From: an uncultured Planctomycetia bacterium
Lineage (GTDB): Bacteria > Omnitrophota > Gorgyraeia > 2-02-FULL-51-18
Assembly (NCBI GenBank): GCA_964543965.1
Contig: CAZJAX010000001.1
Coordinates: 1 to 44,007 of the forward strand
DNA: 44,007 nucleotides
Direction: 5' to 3'
The notes beneath the pieces were generated by a model. The model worked only from the letters and a program-made list of their open reading frames with translations, did not search any database and was not told the origin of the DNA. Below are positions 8,326 to 15,699 of this stretch, one piece after another; positions within the stretch are counted from its first letter, which is position 1, and each line of letters begins with the position of its first letter. Both the position numbers and the translations under genes were made by a program.

Positions 8326-8985
8326 ATGGAAAGGCATTTTGACGAAGAGCTGAAGGACTTAAAGCAGAACCTGCTTCAAATGGCTGATATCGCTCAAGAA
8401 ATGATACGTCTTGCCATCCGCAGTCTGGTAGAGCGAAGATCCGAGCTGGCGAAGGATGTGTTCGCACTCGAAGACAAGGTAAACCACATGGAAGTCCATA
8501 TTGAGGACTCGGTGCTGAGGCTGCTGGTTCTCAGACAGCCCGCTGCCAAGGATCTGCGGTTTTTGACCGCTGTCCTTAAGATAAACAATGATCTTGAACG
8601 CGTCGCCGACCAGGCATGCAATATTACGGAATTGGCCGCGGATCTGCTAAAAGTGGCTCCGCTGAAGCCTTTGATCGATATCCCGCACATGGCGACGCTT
8701 GCTCAAAAGATGATCAAAGACAGCCTGGATGCATTCGTGCAGCATGACCCAAAGCTGGCCAAAGAGGTCTGTGTACACGATGATGATGTCGACCGCTTTA
8801 ATGATCAGATCTTCAGGGAGCTTTTAACTTACATGATGCAGGATCCCGCCAATATCGCCCGAGCGGTGGATTTGATCCTTATCAGCCGTAACCTCGAAAG
8901 GATCGCTGATCATGCCACGAACATCAGCGAAGAAGTGATCTTTATCGAGGAAGGCAAGAACGTCAAACACCAGACAGGAAGCTAA
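8326..8985 (+). CDS. phoU: Phosphate signalling complex protein PhoU
   Basis: 219 aa. Two repeats carry the E(R/x)xxD motifs (NNDLERVADQA and SRNLERIADHA). Follows pstB. Confidence 0.9.
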   Translation: MERHFDEELKDLKQNLLQMADIAQEMIRLAIRSLVERRSELAKDVFALEDKVNHMEVHIEDSVLRLLVLRQPAAKDLRFLTAVLKINNDLERVADQACNITELAADLLKVAPLKPLIDIPHMATLAQKMIKDSLDAFVQHDPKLAKEVCVHDDDVDRFNDQIFRELLTYMMQDPANIARAVDLILISRNLERIADHATNISEEVIFIEEGKNVKHQTGS

Positions 8986-8991
8986 GCCGGT

Positions 8992-9384
8992 TTAAAGGCA
9001 GGCTTTGATCTCCGCCGCGCAGGCGGCCAGGTCCTCATCCGAGGACCTTTTTTTATTGGCGAAATTAAGCTCTCCGGCCTCTCCCGATGCCGGCACCAGA
9101 TGGATGTGCGCGTGCCGGACTTCCAGACCGTAGACCAGGACCGCGACTTTCTCGCAAGGGACGGCCTTTTTTACGGCGCGCGCCACTTTTTTGGCGAAAA
9201 CCATGAGCGAGGCGAGCTCCGCGTCCTCAAGATCAAAAATATAATCGGTTTCCTTTTTTGGGATCACGAGCACATGGCCGCGTTTGAGCGGAGAGATCTC
9301 CATGAAGGCGAAATGGCGCTCGTCCTCGAGGACTTTGTGGCAGGGGATCTCGCCGCGAATGATTTTGGTGAATAGCGTGCTCAT
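8992..9384 (-). CDS. HIT family (histidine triad) protein
   Basis: MSTLFTKIIRGEIPCHKV N-terminus and the histidine triad RHAHIHLVP. The start is set at the internal ATG at 9384, which is the typical HIT N-terminus. The longer ORF to 9423 would overlap the divergent gene. Confidence 0.85.
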   Translation of the reverse strand: MSTLFTKIIRGEIPCHKVLEDERHFAFMEISPLKRGHVLVIPKKETDYIFDLEDAELASLMVFAKKVARAVKKAVPCEKVAVLVYGLEVRHAHIHLVPASGEAGELNFANKKRSSDEDLAACAAEIKACL

Positions 9385-9388
9385 GGGA

Positions 9389-9397
9389 TAAAATATA
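9389..9397. promoter_or_regulatory. Overlapping face-to-face -10-like hexamers in a 17-bp divergent intergenic region
   Basis: On the plus strand, TAAAAT (9389-9394) lies 7 nt before ATG 9402. On the minus strand, TATATT (9397-9392) lies 7 nt before ATG 9384. Neither gene has a Shine-Dalgarno sequence. Confidence 0.35.
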
Positions 9398-9401
9398 GCA
9401 T

Positions 9402-11078
9402 ATGAAGAAAAGATTCCCATCACTTTTTATCGCCTGCGCCGCGATCGCCCTTTTATGCGGAGCGGCCGCATTTGCCAAAGAAGCCGTACGCACCGCTTAT
9501 GTCGCCGGCGCATTTTATGCCTCAAAGGGCAGCCTGATCGAGTATCAGATCGACAATTTTTTGACAAAAGTCCGTCCCTCTAAAAAGGCCCGTCCGGCGC
9601 CGCGCCTGATGATCGTGCCTCATGCCGGCTACGTCTATTCCGGCCAAACCGCGGCTCATGCCTATGCCCACCTCGAAGGCCAATCATTCGATACGGTCGT
9701 GATGATAGGGCCTTATCACAAAGCGTCTTTTCCGGGGGCTTCCGTGTGGACCGGAGGGGATTGGCAGACGCCTATAGGCAGCGTGCCGGTAGATGAGGAG
9801 ATCGCCGGAGAGATCTATAGCGCCGACAAGGCTTTTCAGCACGATGCGTCGGTTCACCGTACTGAGCACTCTCTCGAGGTGCAAGTGCCATTCCTTCAGA
9901 GAGTGCTAAAAAATTTCAAGATCGTGCCCGTCGCCGTCAACGACATATCCGTCGAAAACACGCAAAAGCTGGCTGCTGCAGTCGCGAAGGCCATCGAAGG
10001 CAAAAAGGCGATCGTGCTGATCTCAACGGATATGAGCCACTATTATCCGGACGGGGATGCGCGTCGCATGGACGGGCTGGCGCTTCGTCTTATCGAAAAA
10101 AATGACATTTTATCCCTGCGCGTCGCGCTCGCGTCAAAGAAATCCGAATTTTGCGGAGCTGCCGCGCTGTTGACGGGCCTCGAGCTATTGAACCTCTGGA
10201 AGAGCGCTCCCCCGGAGCTCCTGGATTATTCGAACAGCGGCGATAGCAGCGGTGACAAGAACCGCGTCGTAGGATACGCGTCGTTGGCCGTGTATTCCGC
10301 AGCGGCGCCAAAAACGGATACACTGAAAAAAGAAGCCGGAGCTGCTCCGAAAAAAGAAGAGCCTGCCAAAAAGAACGAAGAGCTGAAAAAGGAAGATCCG
10401 GCGAAAAAGAAAGACGAGTCCAAGAGCGAGGAACCGAAAAAACAGGAGATTGTCACGAAAAAAGAGGAAGTGAAGCCTGCGCCCCCCTCCCAAGATCCCT
10501 CCAGCAGCTCTCTCCCTGAAGAGGCGGCTTATCTGACCAAAGTACAGGAAGCTTATCTCCTGCATATCGCCCGCCGTACGCTCGAGACCTATCTTGTCGA
10601 CCGCAGCCTGCCTGAATTTAAGGCGCTCGACAATTTCCTTTCTGAGAACGCGGCCGTGTTCGTGACGCTGAAAAACGGCGGGCGTCTTCGCGGATGCATA
10701 GGATCCATGGCAGCCGAAGAGCCCTTGTATCTGGCGGTCCAGCGCAAGGCCTTGCAGGCTGCGACCGAGGATCCGCGCTTTTCTCCGGTCACGGCCTCAG
10801 AGCTCAGGGACATCCGCATCGAAATATCGGTCCTAAGCTTCCCCAAAAAAGTCCAAAATCCGGATCAGATCGTGATGGGCCGTCACGGCGTCATCGCCAA
10901 ACAGGGCCGCCGCATGGGCGTGTTTCTGCCGCAGGTCGCCTCCGAGACCGGATGGAGCCGGGAGCAGTTCTTGAACGAGCTTTGTTCGCAGAAAGCGGGT
11001 CTTTCGGCCGATGCATGGAAGGATCCGCGCACGGAGCTCTACGTTTTTACCGCGAACTCGTTTTCCGAAGCGGAATAA
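9402..11078 (+). CDS. Fusion protein: signal peptide, MEMO1-like domain (AmmeMemoRadiSam protein B), K/E/P-rich linker, AMMECR1 domain (protein A)
   Basis: Signal peptide MKKRFPSLFIACAAIALLCGAAAFA. MIVPHAGYVYSG and ISTDMSHY are MEMO-type motifs. The low-complexity linker runs AAPKKEEPAKKNEELKKEDPAKKKDESK... The C-terminal VFVTLKNGGRLRGCIGS is the AMMECR1 signature. Confidence 0.8.
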   Translation: MKKRFPSLFIACAAIALLCGAAAFAKEAVRTAYVAGAFYASKGSLIEYQIDNFLTKVRPSKKARPAPRLMIVPHAGYVYSGQTAAHAYAHLEGQSFDTVVMIGPYHKASFPGASVWTGGDWQTPIGSVPVDEEIAGEIYSADKAFQHDASVHRTEHSLEVQVPFLQRVLKNFKIVPVAVNDISVENTQKLAAAVAKAIEGKKAIVLISTDMSHYYPDGDARRMDGLALRLIEKNDILSLRVALASKKSEFCGAAALLTGLELLNLWKSAPPELLDYSNSGDSSGDKNRVVGYASLAVYSAAAPKTDTLKKEAGAAPKKEEPAKKNEELKKEDPAKKKDESKSEEPKKQEIVTKKEEVKPAPPSQDPSSSSLPEEAAYLTKVQEAYLLHIARRTLETYLVDRSLPEFKALDNFLSENAAVFVTLKNGGRLRGCIGSMAAEEPLYLAVQRKALQAATEDPRFSPVTASELRDIRIEISVLSFPKKVQNPDQIVMGRHGVIAKQGRRMGVFLPQVASETGWSREQFLNELCSQKAGLSADAWKDPRTELYVFTANSFSEAE

Positions 11079-11931
11079 ATAGCCAGAGCTGAGCCGGGAA
11101 CAGGAAGAAAAAGATCGTCGGCACGTGCATCGTGGCGACCAAAAGCGCGTGAAAAATAAAGCCGTCTATCACTGCGATGCGCCGCGTGCGCCGGGCGAAG
11201 AGCAGGAAGGGCATCGCGATCTCCCACACGACTACCCCGATCCCAAGACAATAGCAGACCGCCGCATGGCCGGCGAAAAAATCTCTGAACGGGAACGGCT
11301 TGATCACGCCTTCCGCAGAACCGTTCATCAGATAGTACAGCGGGTTGCCGCTGATCCAGTTGCCGCCCGCCGTGCATTTGACCAGGCCTGTATAAAAAAA
11401 TGTGAAAGCGATCTGTATCTGCAGGAGCCTTTGGATAAAAAATGGACGGCGTTCTCTGGCTTCCCGGATACGGGGGAAGATGCGGCTGTCGACCGAGTAG
11501 TAGTCGCCCGGATAACCCGTCACGCATAAAAGAGAAAGCGTCACGAGCAGGATATCGAAGGAAAGCGTACCGATGTGCAGCGAATTGACGGCATAGAAGT
11601 AATAACAGCATAGTGTCATGACGATGCAGGAGGCCTGTGTCAGAAATCCTGCGGCGAAAAACAGCAGAGACAGGGTAAACGCGCCCATCATGATGTTGAC
11701 GAAACTGTCGGGACTCTTCGACGCCCATTCGATCGCCGCCGGAGTGAAAAATGAGAAATTCTTTCGTGCGTAGGCGGTGGAGTAGTAATTGTCTGCCGGA
11801 TGCAGAAAAGTCGGGAGGATGTGCGCTCCGGTCGTGAATGCGGCGAAGAATCGGAATACCGAAAGCGCCTTTGAAGGCCGCTCTTTTAGGAATAAGCGGT
11901 TCCAGACTCTGGCTATGCCTGAGGTCAGCAT
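11047..11931 (-). CDS. Polytopic membrane protein, HTTM-domain-like (vitamin K-dependent gamma-carboxylase / SdpB-like family)
   Basis: 294 aa with about 7-8 TM helices. The start (ALSVFRFFAAFTTGAHIL) and overall pattern resemble HTTM proteins. The assignment is by recollection only. Confidence 0.5.
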   Translation of the reverse strand: MLTSGIARVWNRLFLKERPSKALSVFRFFAAFTTGAHILPTFLHPADNYYSTAYARKNFSFFTPAAIEWASKSPDSFVNIMMGAFTLSLLFFAAGFLTQASCIVMTLCCYYFYAVNSLHIGTLSFDILLVTLSLLCVTGYPGDYYSVDSRIFPRIREARERRPFFIQRLLQIQIAFTFFYTGLVKCTAGGNWISGNPLYYLMNGSAEGVIKPFPFRDFFAGHAAVCYCLGIGVVVWEIAMPFLLFARRTRRIAVIDGFIFHALLVATMHVPTIFFFLFPAQLWLFIPLRKTSSR

Positions 11932-12374
11932 CGGTAGGCGAGATCCCGGCGGACTTCGTTTTTTGCTTCCGGGCGGCAGGAATAGACGGCCTGTGCGACC
12001 GCAAACGAATCATACGATGGGAATTTACGCCGAAGGTAGCGGCAGAAATCCTCATCGGGTCCCCCGCCCAGCGTGCTGATCAGGATATTGCGGCGGATAT
12101 TATCGTAGCCGAGCCATCGCGTCTCAAAGATGCGGTGGGGGTCGATCAGCTCTATCCGGTCTCCGGTCTGCCCGTAAACCTCCGCCCGCACCTCGACATC
12201 GTCCACCCGGAAGAACATGATCCATCCCGCCGGCGGGTAGAGAAATTTGATCTTCGGAAGGCGCTTTCCGAAGAGAGGATCGAGGTAGTGATACCGGATC
12301 GATTCGTATTGAAATACGAGGAGCCAAAGGAGGGTAAAGGCGCTGATGAGGGTGTTTCGCAGATGTTTGGGCAT
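11925..12374 (-). CDS. Hypothetical membrane-anchored protein, translationally coupled to the HTTM gene
   Basis: 149 aa with a single N-terminal TM (LISAFTLLWLLVF). Its stop overlaps the HTTM start by 7 nt. No family recognised. Confidence 0.55.
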   Translation of the reverse strand: MPKHLRNTLISAFTLLWLLVFQYESIRYHYLDPLFGKRLPKIKFLYPPAGWIMFFRVDDVEVRAEVYGQTGDRIELIDPHRIFETRWLGYDNIRRNILISTLGGGPDEDFCRYLRRKFPSYDSFAVAQAVYSCRPEAKNEVRRDLAYRC

Positions 12375-12446
12375 CGGCAGTCCTGGCGTCCTCCGGAGTG
12401 GTATACTACTATCCTATAGCAGGCTGAGCTTCTTTTCATCCAAAAA

Positions 12447-13154
12447 ATGGCCGCATCGCGGGCGTTTTTCATAAGGAAAAACATGATCTATCACTGCGGA
12501 CAGAAAAAAGCGCTGTGGTTCCGGAACCGCGCGGCTGAGTTCCTGCAAGCCTATACTTCGAACGAACCTTCAAGTCCGCGCAATGCTTTTCTCGATATTC
12601 ACGGAAAGATCATCGCCCTCGCGGACCAGTCGCTGGTGTCCCCCGAGGAAGTGCTCGTGGTGATCGAAAAGCCCTTTGAAGAGCGTCTGCGCACCCATTT
12701 GGCGCGCTACCAGCCTCTTTACGGCACGGAGATCACCGCGGCCAACCACAACCTATATTTCGACTTAGAAGCCGCGTATTTACCGGCATCGGACGAGATC
12801 GCGATCCCCCAGAAAAAAGGACAGCTTATTTTAAGCCCCTATCTTCTGCCGTCTTCCGTGTCTGAAGAGGAGTTTCTTCTTTTCCGTGTAAAAAACGGAC
12901 TGCCGCTGCAGGGCATCGATTTTGACCGCGATCTTCTTCTGAGTATAGGCGACGAAGATTTTGTCAGCTACAAAAAGGGCTGTTATCTGGGTCAGGAGAT
13001 CATCGCGCGCATCCATTTCCGGGGTAAACCGCCGAAAAAGCTCGTGGTTCGTTCTCAGGACTCATGCACCCCGGAGGATCGTCCGCGGCTTACTTCGGCA
13101 GTTCGAAACCCTCAAGATGGCAAGATCTATGGTTTTATTATGGTCCAGAATTAA
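12447..13154 (+). CDS. YgfZ/GcvT-like folate-binding protein
   Basis: KKGCYLGQEIIARIHFRG matches the K-G-C-Y-x-G-Q-E signature of the YgfZ/CAF17 family. The true start may be ATG 12483 (MIYHCG). Confidence 0.6.
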   Translation: MAASRAFFIRKNMIYHCGQKKALWFRNRAAEFLQAYTSNEPSSPRNAFLDIHGKIIALADQSLVSPEEVLVVIEKPFEERLRTHLARYQPLYGTEITAANHNLYFDLEAAYLPASDEIAIPQKKGQLILSPYLLPSSVSEEEFLLFRVKNGLPLQGIDFDRDLLLSIGDEDFVSYKKGCYLGQEIIARIHFRGKPPKKLVVRSQDSCTPEDRPRLTSAVRNPQDGKIYGFIMVQN

Positions 13155-13270
13155 CATAAGTCATTTTATATTAGATACTTACATAGATCATTATAGGATT
13201 AATCCTTTGGGCAGCTATTGACGTCTAACATAGCGACAGGAACCCATAAGCTTCCAAAAAGGAGATTGCG

Positions 13271-13882
13271 ATGAAATTGATTCTGCACAAATCTTTGATC
13301 GGTCTGATAGTTTTTTCATTTGCTGCCAGCGACGTGCGCGCGGAAAAAGTAATGGACAAAGCCGAAGTGAAGGCACAGCTTGAAGCGATCGAAAGGCTGA
13401 AAACAGAGGATCCCGAAAAATATAAGGAAGTGATGAGGATCCGCAAGGAAAAATTAAAGGAGAAGATGGATGAGCTTAAGGTCAAGGATCCTGCAAAATA
13501 CAAGGAACTTCAGCAGCAGATGTCCGCTAAACGCCGCGAAGCGCTGGACAAGCTGAAGAAAGAGGAACCGACTAAGTATCGCCAGGTGATGGAATGGCAA
13601 ACACGCGAGTTGGAGCGCATCAAGTCGGAGGAGCCAGCTCGATATAAAGAGATCCTCAAGAAAAATCCGAAGCTCGCGGAAAATATCAAAAAACGCGAAG
13701 AGCTGGAGAAGCTTAAGGTGGAGAACCCCAAGAAATTCCAAGAACTCGCTGACGCCAAACTGCGTGAGCTGCAGGTCATGAGAGAGAAAGAGCCCGAGAA
13801 ATACAAGCAGCTGCTGGAAAACGTGCCGGGTCTCGAGCGCGGTATCCAGAACGCTGAGAACGCAAAAAAGAGCGGAAGATAA
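13271..13882 (+). CDS. Secreted K/E-rich helical repeat protein (six '[DEN]-P-x-[KR]-[YF]-[KRQ]-[EQ]-[VIL]' units)
   Basis: Signal peptide ...FAASDVRA. The repeats are EDPEKYKEVM, KDPAKYKELQ, EEPTKYRQVM, EEPARYKEIL, ENPKKFQELA and KEPEKYKQLL, spaced 23-30 aa apart. AAAGGAG ribosome-binding site. Confidence 0.75.
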   Translation: MKLILHKSLIGLIVFSFAASDVRAEKVMDKAEVKAQLEAIERLKTEDPEKYKEVMRIRKEKLKEKMDELKVKDPAKYKELQQQMSAKRREALDKLKKEEPTKYRQVMEWQTRELERIKSEEPARYKEILKKNPKLAENIKKREELEKLKVENPKKFQELADAKLRELQVMREKEPEKYKQLLENVPGLERGIQNAENAKKSGR

Positions 13883-13902
13883 TCGCATCATAGGAGTCGA
13901 TC

Positions 13903-14499
13903 ATAAAAGAAGCTCTTTCTAATGAAGCAGAGATCATCGAGCAAGCCCGCTCCGGCGGACTGAAAGCTTTCGGCGCGCTCGTGGAGATGCACCAGGAGCG
14001 CGCCGTCGCCCGCGCCTTTGCTTTGACCGGCAATTGGGAGGATGCGCGCGATCTGGCACAGGAAGCGTTCATCCGTGCTTATGAGAATCTGGACGGCTTC
14101 AAGGCGGAAAGCCGTTTCTACACCTGGTATTACAGGATCCTGTCAAACGTTTGTAAAGATCACCTGAGAAAAAAGAAAGTTCGAGCCGCCATTTCGTTTT
14201 TTACGGGCCGCGGCGATGAAGGGGAAGGGACAGCGGAGGAGAACATCGTCGACCGGTCCAAAAATGCCAAGGAGGCGCTTTTGGATAGGGAGCTCGGCCA
14301 AAATCTGTATAAAGCGGTATCGAGTCTCCCGTTTCGACAGAAGAATGCGTTTGTGCTTAGGTATATGGAGGACATGAGTCTCGAAGAGATCGGAGAGACC
14401 ATGCAGATTTCGACCGGCGCGGTAAAGGCTCACCTGTGGCAAGCGGTCAAGAAAATGAAAGATTTTCTCGGCTCATATGCCGGTACGGAGGGATGCTGA
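13903..14499 (+). CDS. ECF-type RNA polymerase sigma-70 family factor; start probably non-canonical
   Basis: Region 2 (DLAQEAFIRAYENLDGF, FYTWYYRILSN) and region 4 (FVLRYMEDMSLEEIGETMQISTGAVKAHL) are present. The conserved N-terminal helix EAEIIEQARSGGLKAFGALVE is encoded upstream of the first GTG (13981). The frame is open from 13894. The only plausible initiators are ATC 13900 and ATA 13903, downstream of AGGAG (13892-13896). Confidence 0.8.
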   Translation: MKEALSNEAEIIEQARSGGLKAFGALVEMHQERAVARAFALTGNWEDARDLAQEAFIRAYENLDGFKAESRFYTWYYRILSNVCKDHLRKKKVRAAISFFTGRGDEGEGTAEENIVDRSKNAKEALLDRELGQNLYKAVSSLPFRQKNAFVLRYMEDMSLEEIGETMQISTGAVKAHLWQAVKKMKDFLGSYAGTEGC

Positions 14500-14501
14500 A
14501 A

Positions 14502-14897
14502 ATGGATGATAAAATTTTCGATAAAATGGACCGGATGTTTTCTGCCCGTATGAAAAATGAAGCTCCGCACGTTCCCGGGGAGATACTGAATGGTTTCAGT
14601 CATTCCGTGGCTGAAAGGATACGTGAGCGGGAGAATCAGAAGCTGCAGTCGGCGCGCCAAAGTCCAGTGTTTCGGCCCCGCGTACTTGTGCCCGTATTCG
14701 CGGCGGTCATGCTTTTTTTCACGGTTATATTCCGGGTTCCTTCATTTTCCACAGACACCGGCATGAGAGCGATGGTGGCTCAGAGCGCTTTAGAAATTAG
14801 CGAGGAAATCACGGCTTTGTCAGCGATGGGAGCCTGGGGCGACGAGGACGACAACATGCTCGTCCCCGCCGAAATCGTTTTTGAGGATCTAGCTTAG
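14502..14897 (+). CDS. Putative anti-sigma factor (single-pass membrane protein)
   Basis: Starts 2 nt after the sigma stop (an alternative ATG at 14493 overlaps it). One TM (VLVPVFAAVMLFFTVIF). Acidic C-terminus. The position is typical of an ECF anti-sigma factor. Confidence 0.55.
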   Translation: MDDKIFDKMDRMFSARMKNEAPHVPGEILNGFSHSVAERIRERENQKLQSARQSPVFRPRVLVPVFAAVMLFFTVIFRVPSFSTDTGMRAMVAQSALEISEEITALSAMGAWGDEDDNMLVPAEIVFEDLA

Positions 14898-15517
14898 GCC
14901 GAAGTCTTGATCTGCGATGCTTGCGCCATGGCCTGCATTTCACCTTCGAGCGCAGGACGGATGACCGGCAGAGCTGAGCCGTCTTTCGCCAGATCGACCG
15001 CCTGACCCTTCTTGAGCTGGACCACTTTCCCTGATTTTTTATCCAATACGTCCACTTTCCCTTCACGGACCGCAAAGGTCGTCACAGGATTGGTCGGGGT
15101 GGCAGGCTGGACGCGGCCCCAGAACTGAGTGCCTCGCACCGTCGCGACAGCGGTCGGCGTTTCGACCTTGAACGTAGATCCCATATGAAGTTTCTTAAGG
15201 TTCATGATCGCGTTGCCGTTCTTGATCTGTACGTGCATGTCTGTTCTTGAAGCATTCACGATGGCAAATTCGCTGGTGGGCAATACGCGGCATCCGGCCA
15301 TTCCGTTGACGGAAAGATCGAGGGTGCTATTAGCCTCAGAAGTCACGACGATATCGCCGGTCCGCAGTTTCATACCCGGCTGCGCGCTCAGCTTCTCGAA
15401 ACCGCGCTGGATGTGAGGGTTTCCGACCATCGACTTCACGACCACTTGGTCTTCGGCGAATGACGGTGTCTGCAAGAGCGCTACGAATGACAGAACCAGC
15501 CAGAAAATCTTTTTCAT
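14894..15517 (-). CDS. Secreted FecR-domain protein
   Basis: Signal peptide MKKIFWLVLSFVALLQTPSFA. KLRTGDIVVTSEANSTLDL ... VETPTAVATVRGTQFW resembles the FecR (PF04773-like) beta-rich domain. Confidence 0.65.
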   Translation of the reverse strand: MKKIFWLVLSFVALLQTPSFAEDQVVVKSMVGNPHIQRGFEKLSAQPGMKLRTGDIVVTSEANSTLDLSVNGMAGCRVLPTSEFAIVNASRTDMHVQIKNGNAIMNLKKLHMGSTFKVETPTAVATVRGTQFWGRVQPATPTNPVTTFAVREGKVDVLDKKSGKVVQLKKGQAVDLAKDGSALPVIRPALEGEMQAMAQASQIKTSA

Positions 15518-15699
15518 CGGAATTCCTTCATTTTTAAAGTGCAGGATTTAGTTTTAATATACCAATTTAAAGTTCGGCTGTCACGAGTGTCAGGGGAACC
15601 TATACCTTTCTCTACGGCGGCGCCCTTCTTTTGGATTGCAGCCGGATTTGTATTTTATTAATACATCAGGCATACTTCGTCCTTATACTTAAGGACCCG

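Noticed and set aside
10300-10500. The K/E/P-rich stretch in the MEMO-AMMECR1 gene as a possible tandem DNA repeat or CRISPR-like array.
   Set aside because: The nucleotide sequence is purine-rich and low complexity, but it has no regular repeat unit or spacer structure. It is in frame within one ORF and behaves as a flexible linker.
11039-12484. The 338-aa ORF 11039-12055 (-) and several ORFs in the 11125-12484 region (11125-11529, 11789-12079, 11838-12419, 12124-12327, 12152-12484), on both strands.
   Set aside because: They overlap the HTTM-like gene and its partner, in other frames or on the opposite strand. Their products are Arg/Pro-rich and lack hydrophobic periodicity. The chosen frames give clean TM helices and a 7-nt coupled junction.
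15518-15699. ECF-type promoter: GGAACC is found both here (near 15594-15599) and upstream of the K/E-rich repeat protein gene that starts at 13271 (GGAACC at ~13241-13246).
   Set aside because: The -35-like GGAACC is shared, but no matching -10 (CGTC-like) lies at 16-17 nt in either case. At 13241 the spacing would put the TSS inside the ribosome-binding site. This is not enough to call a promoter.
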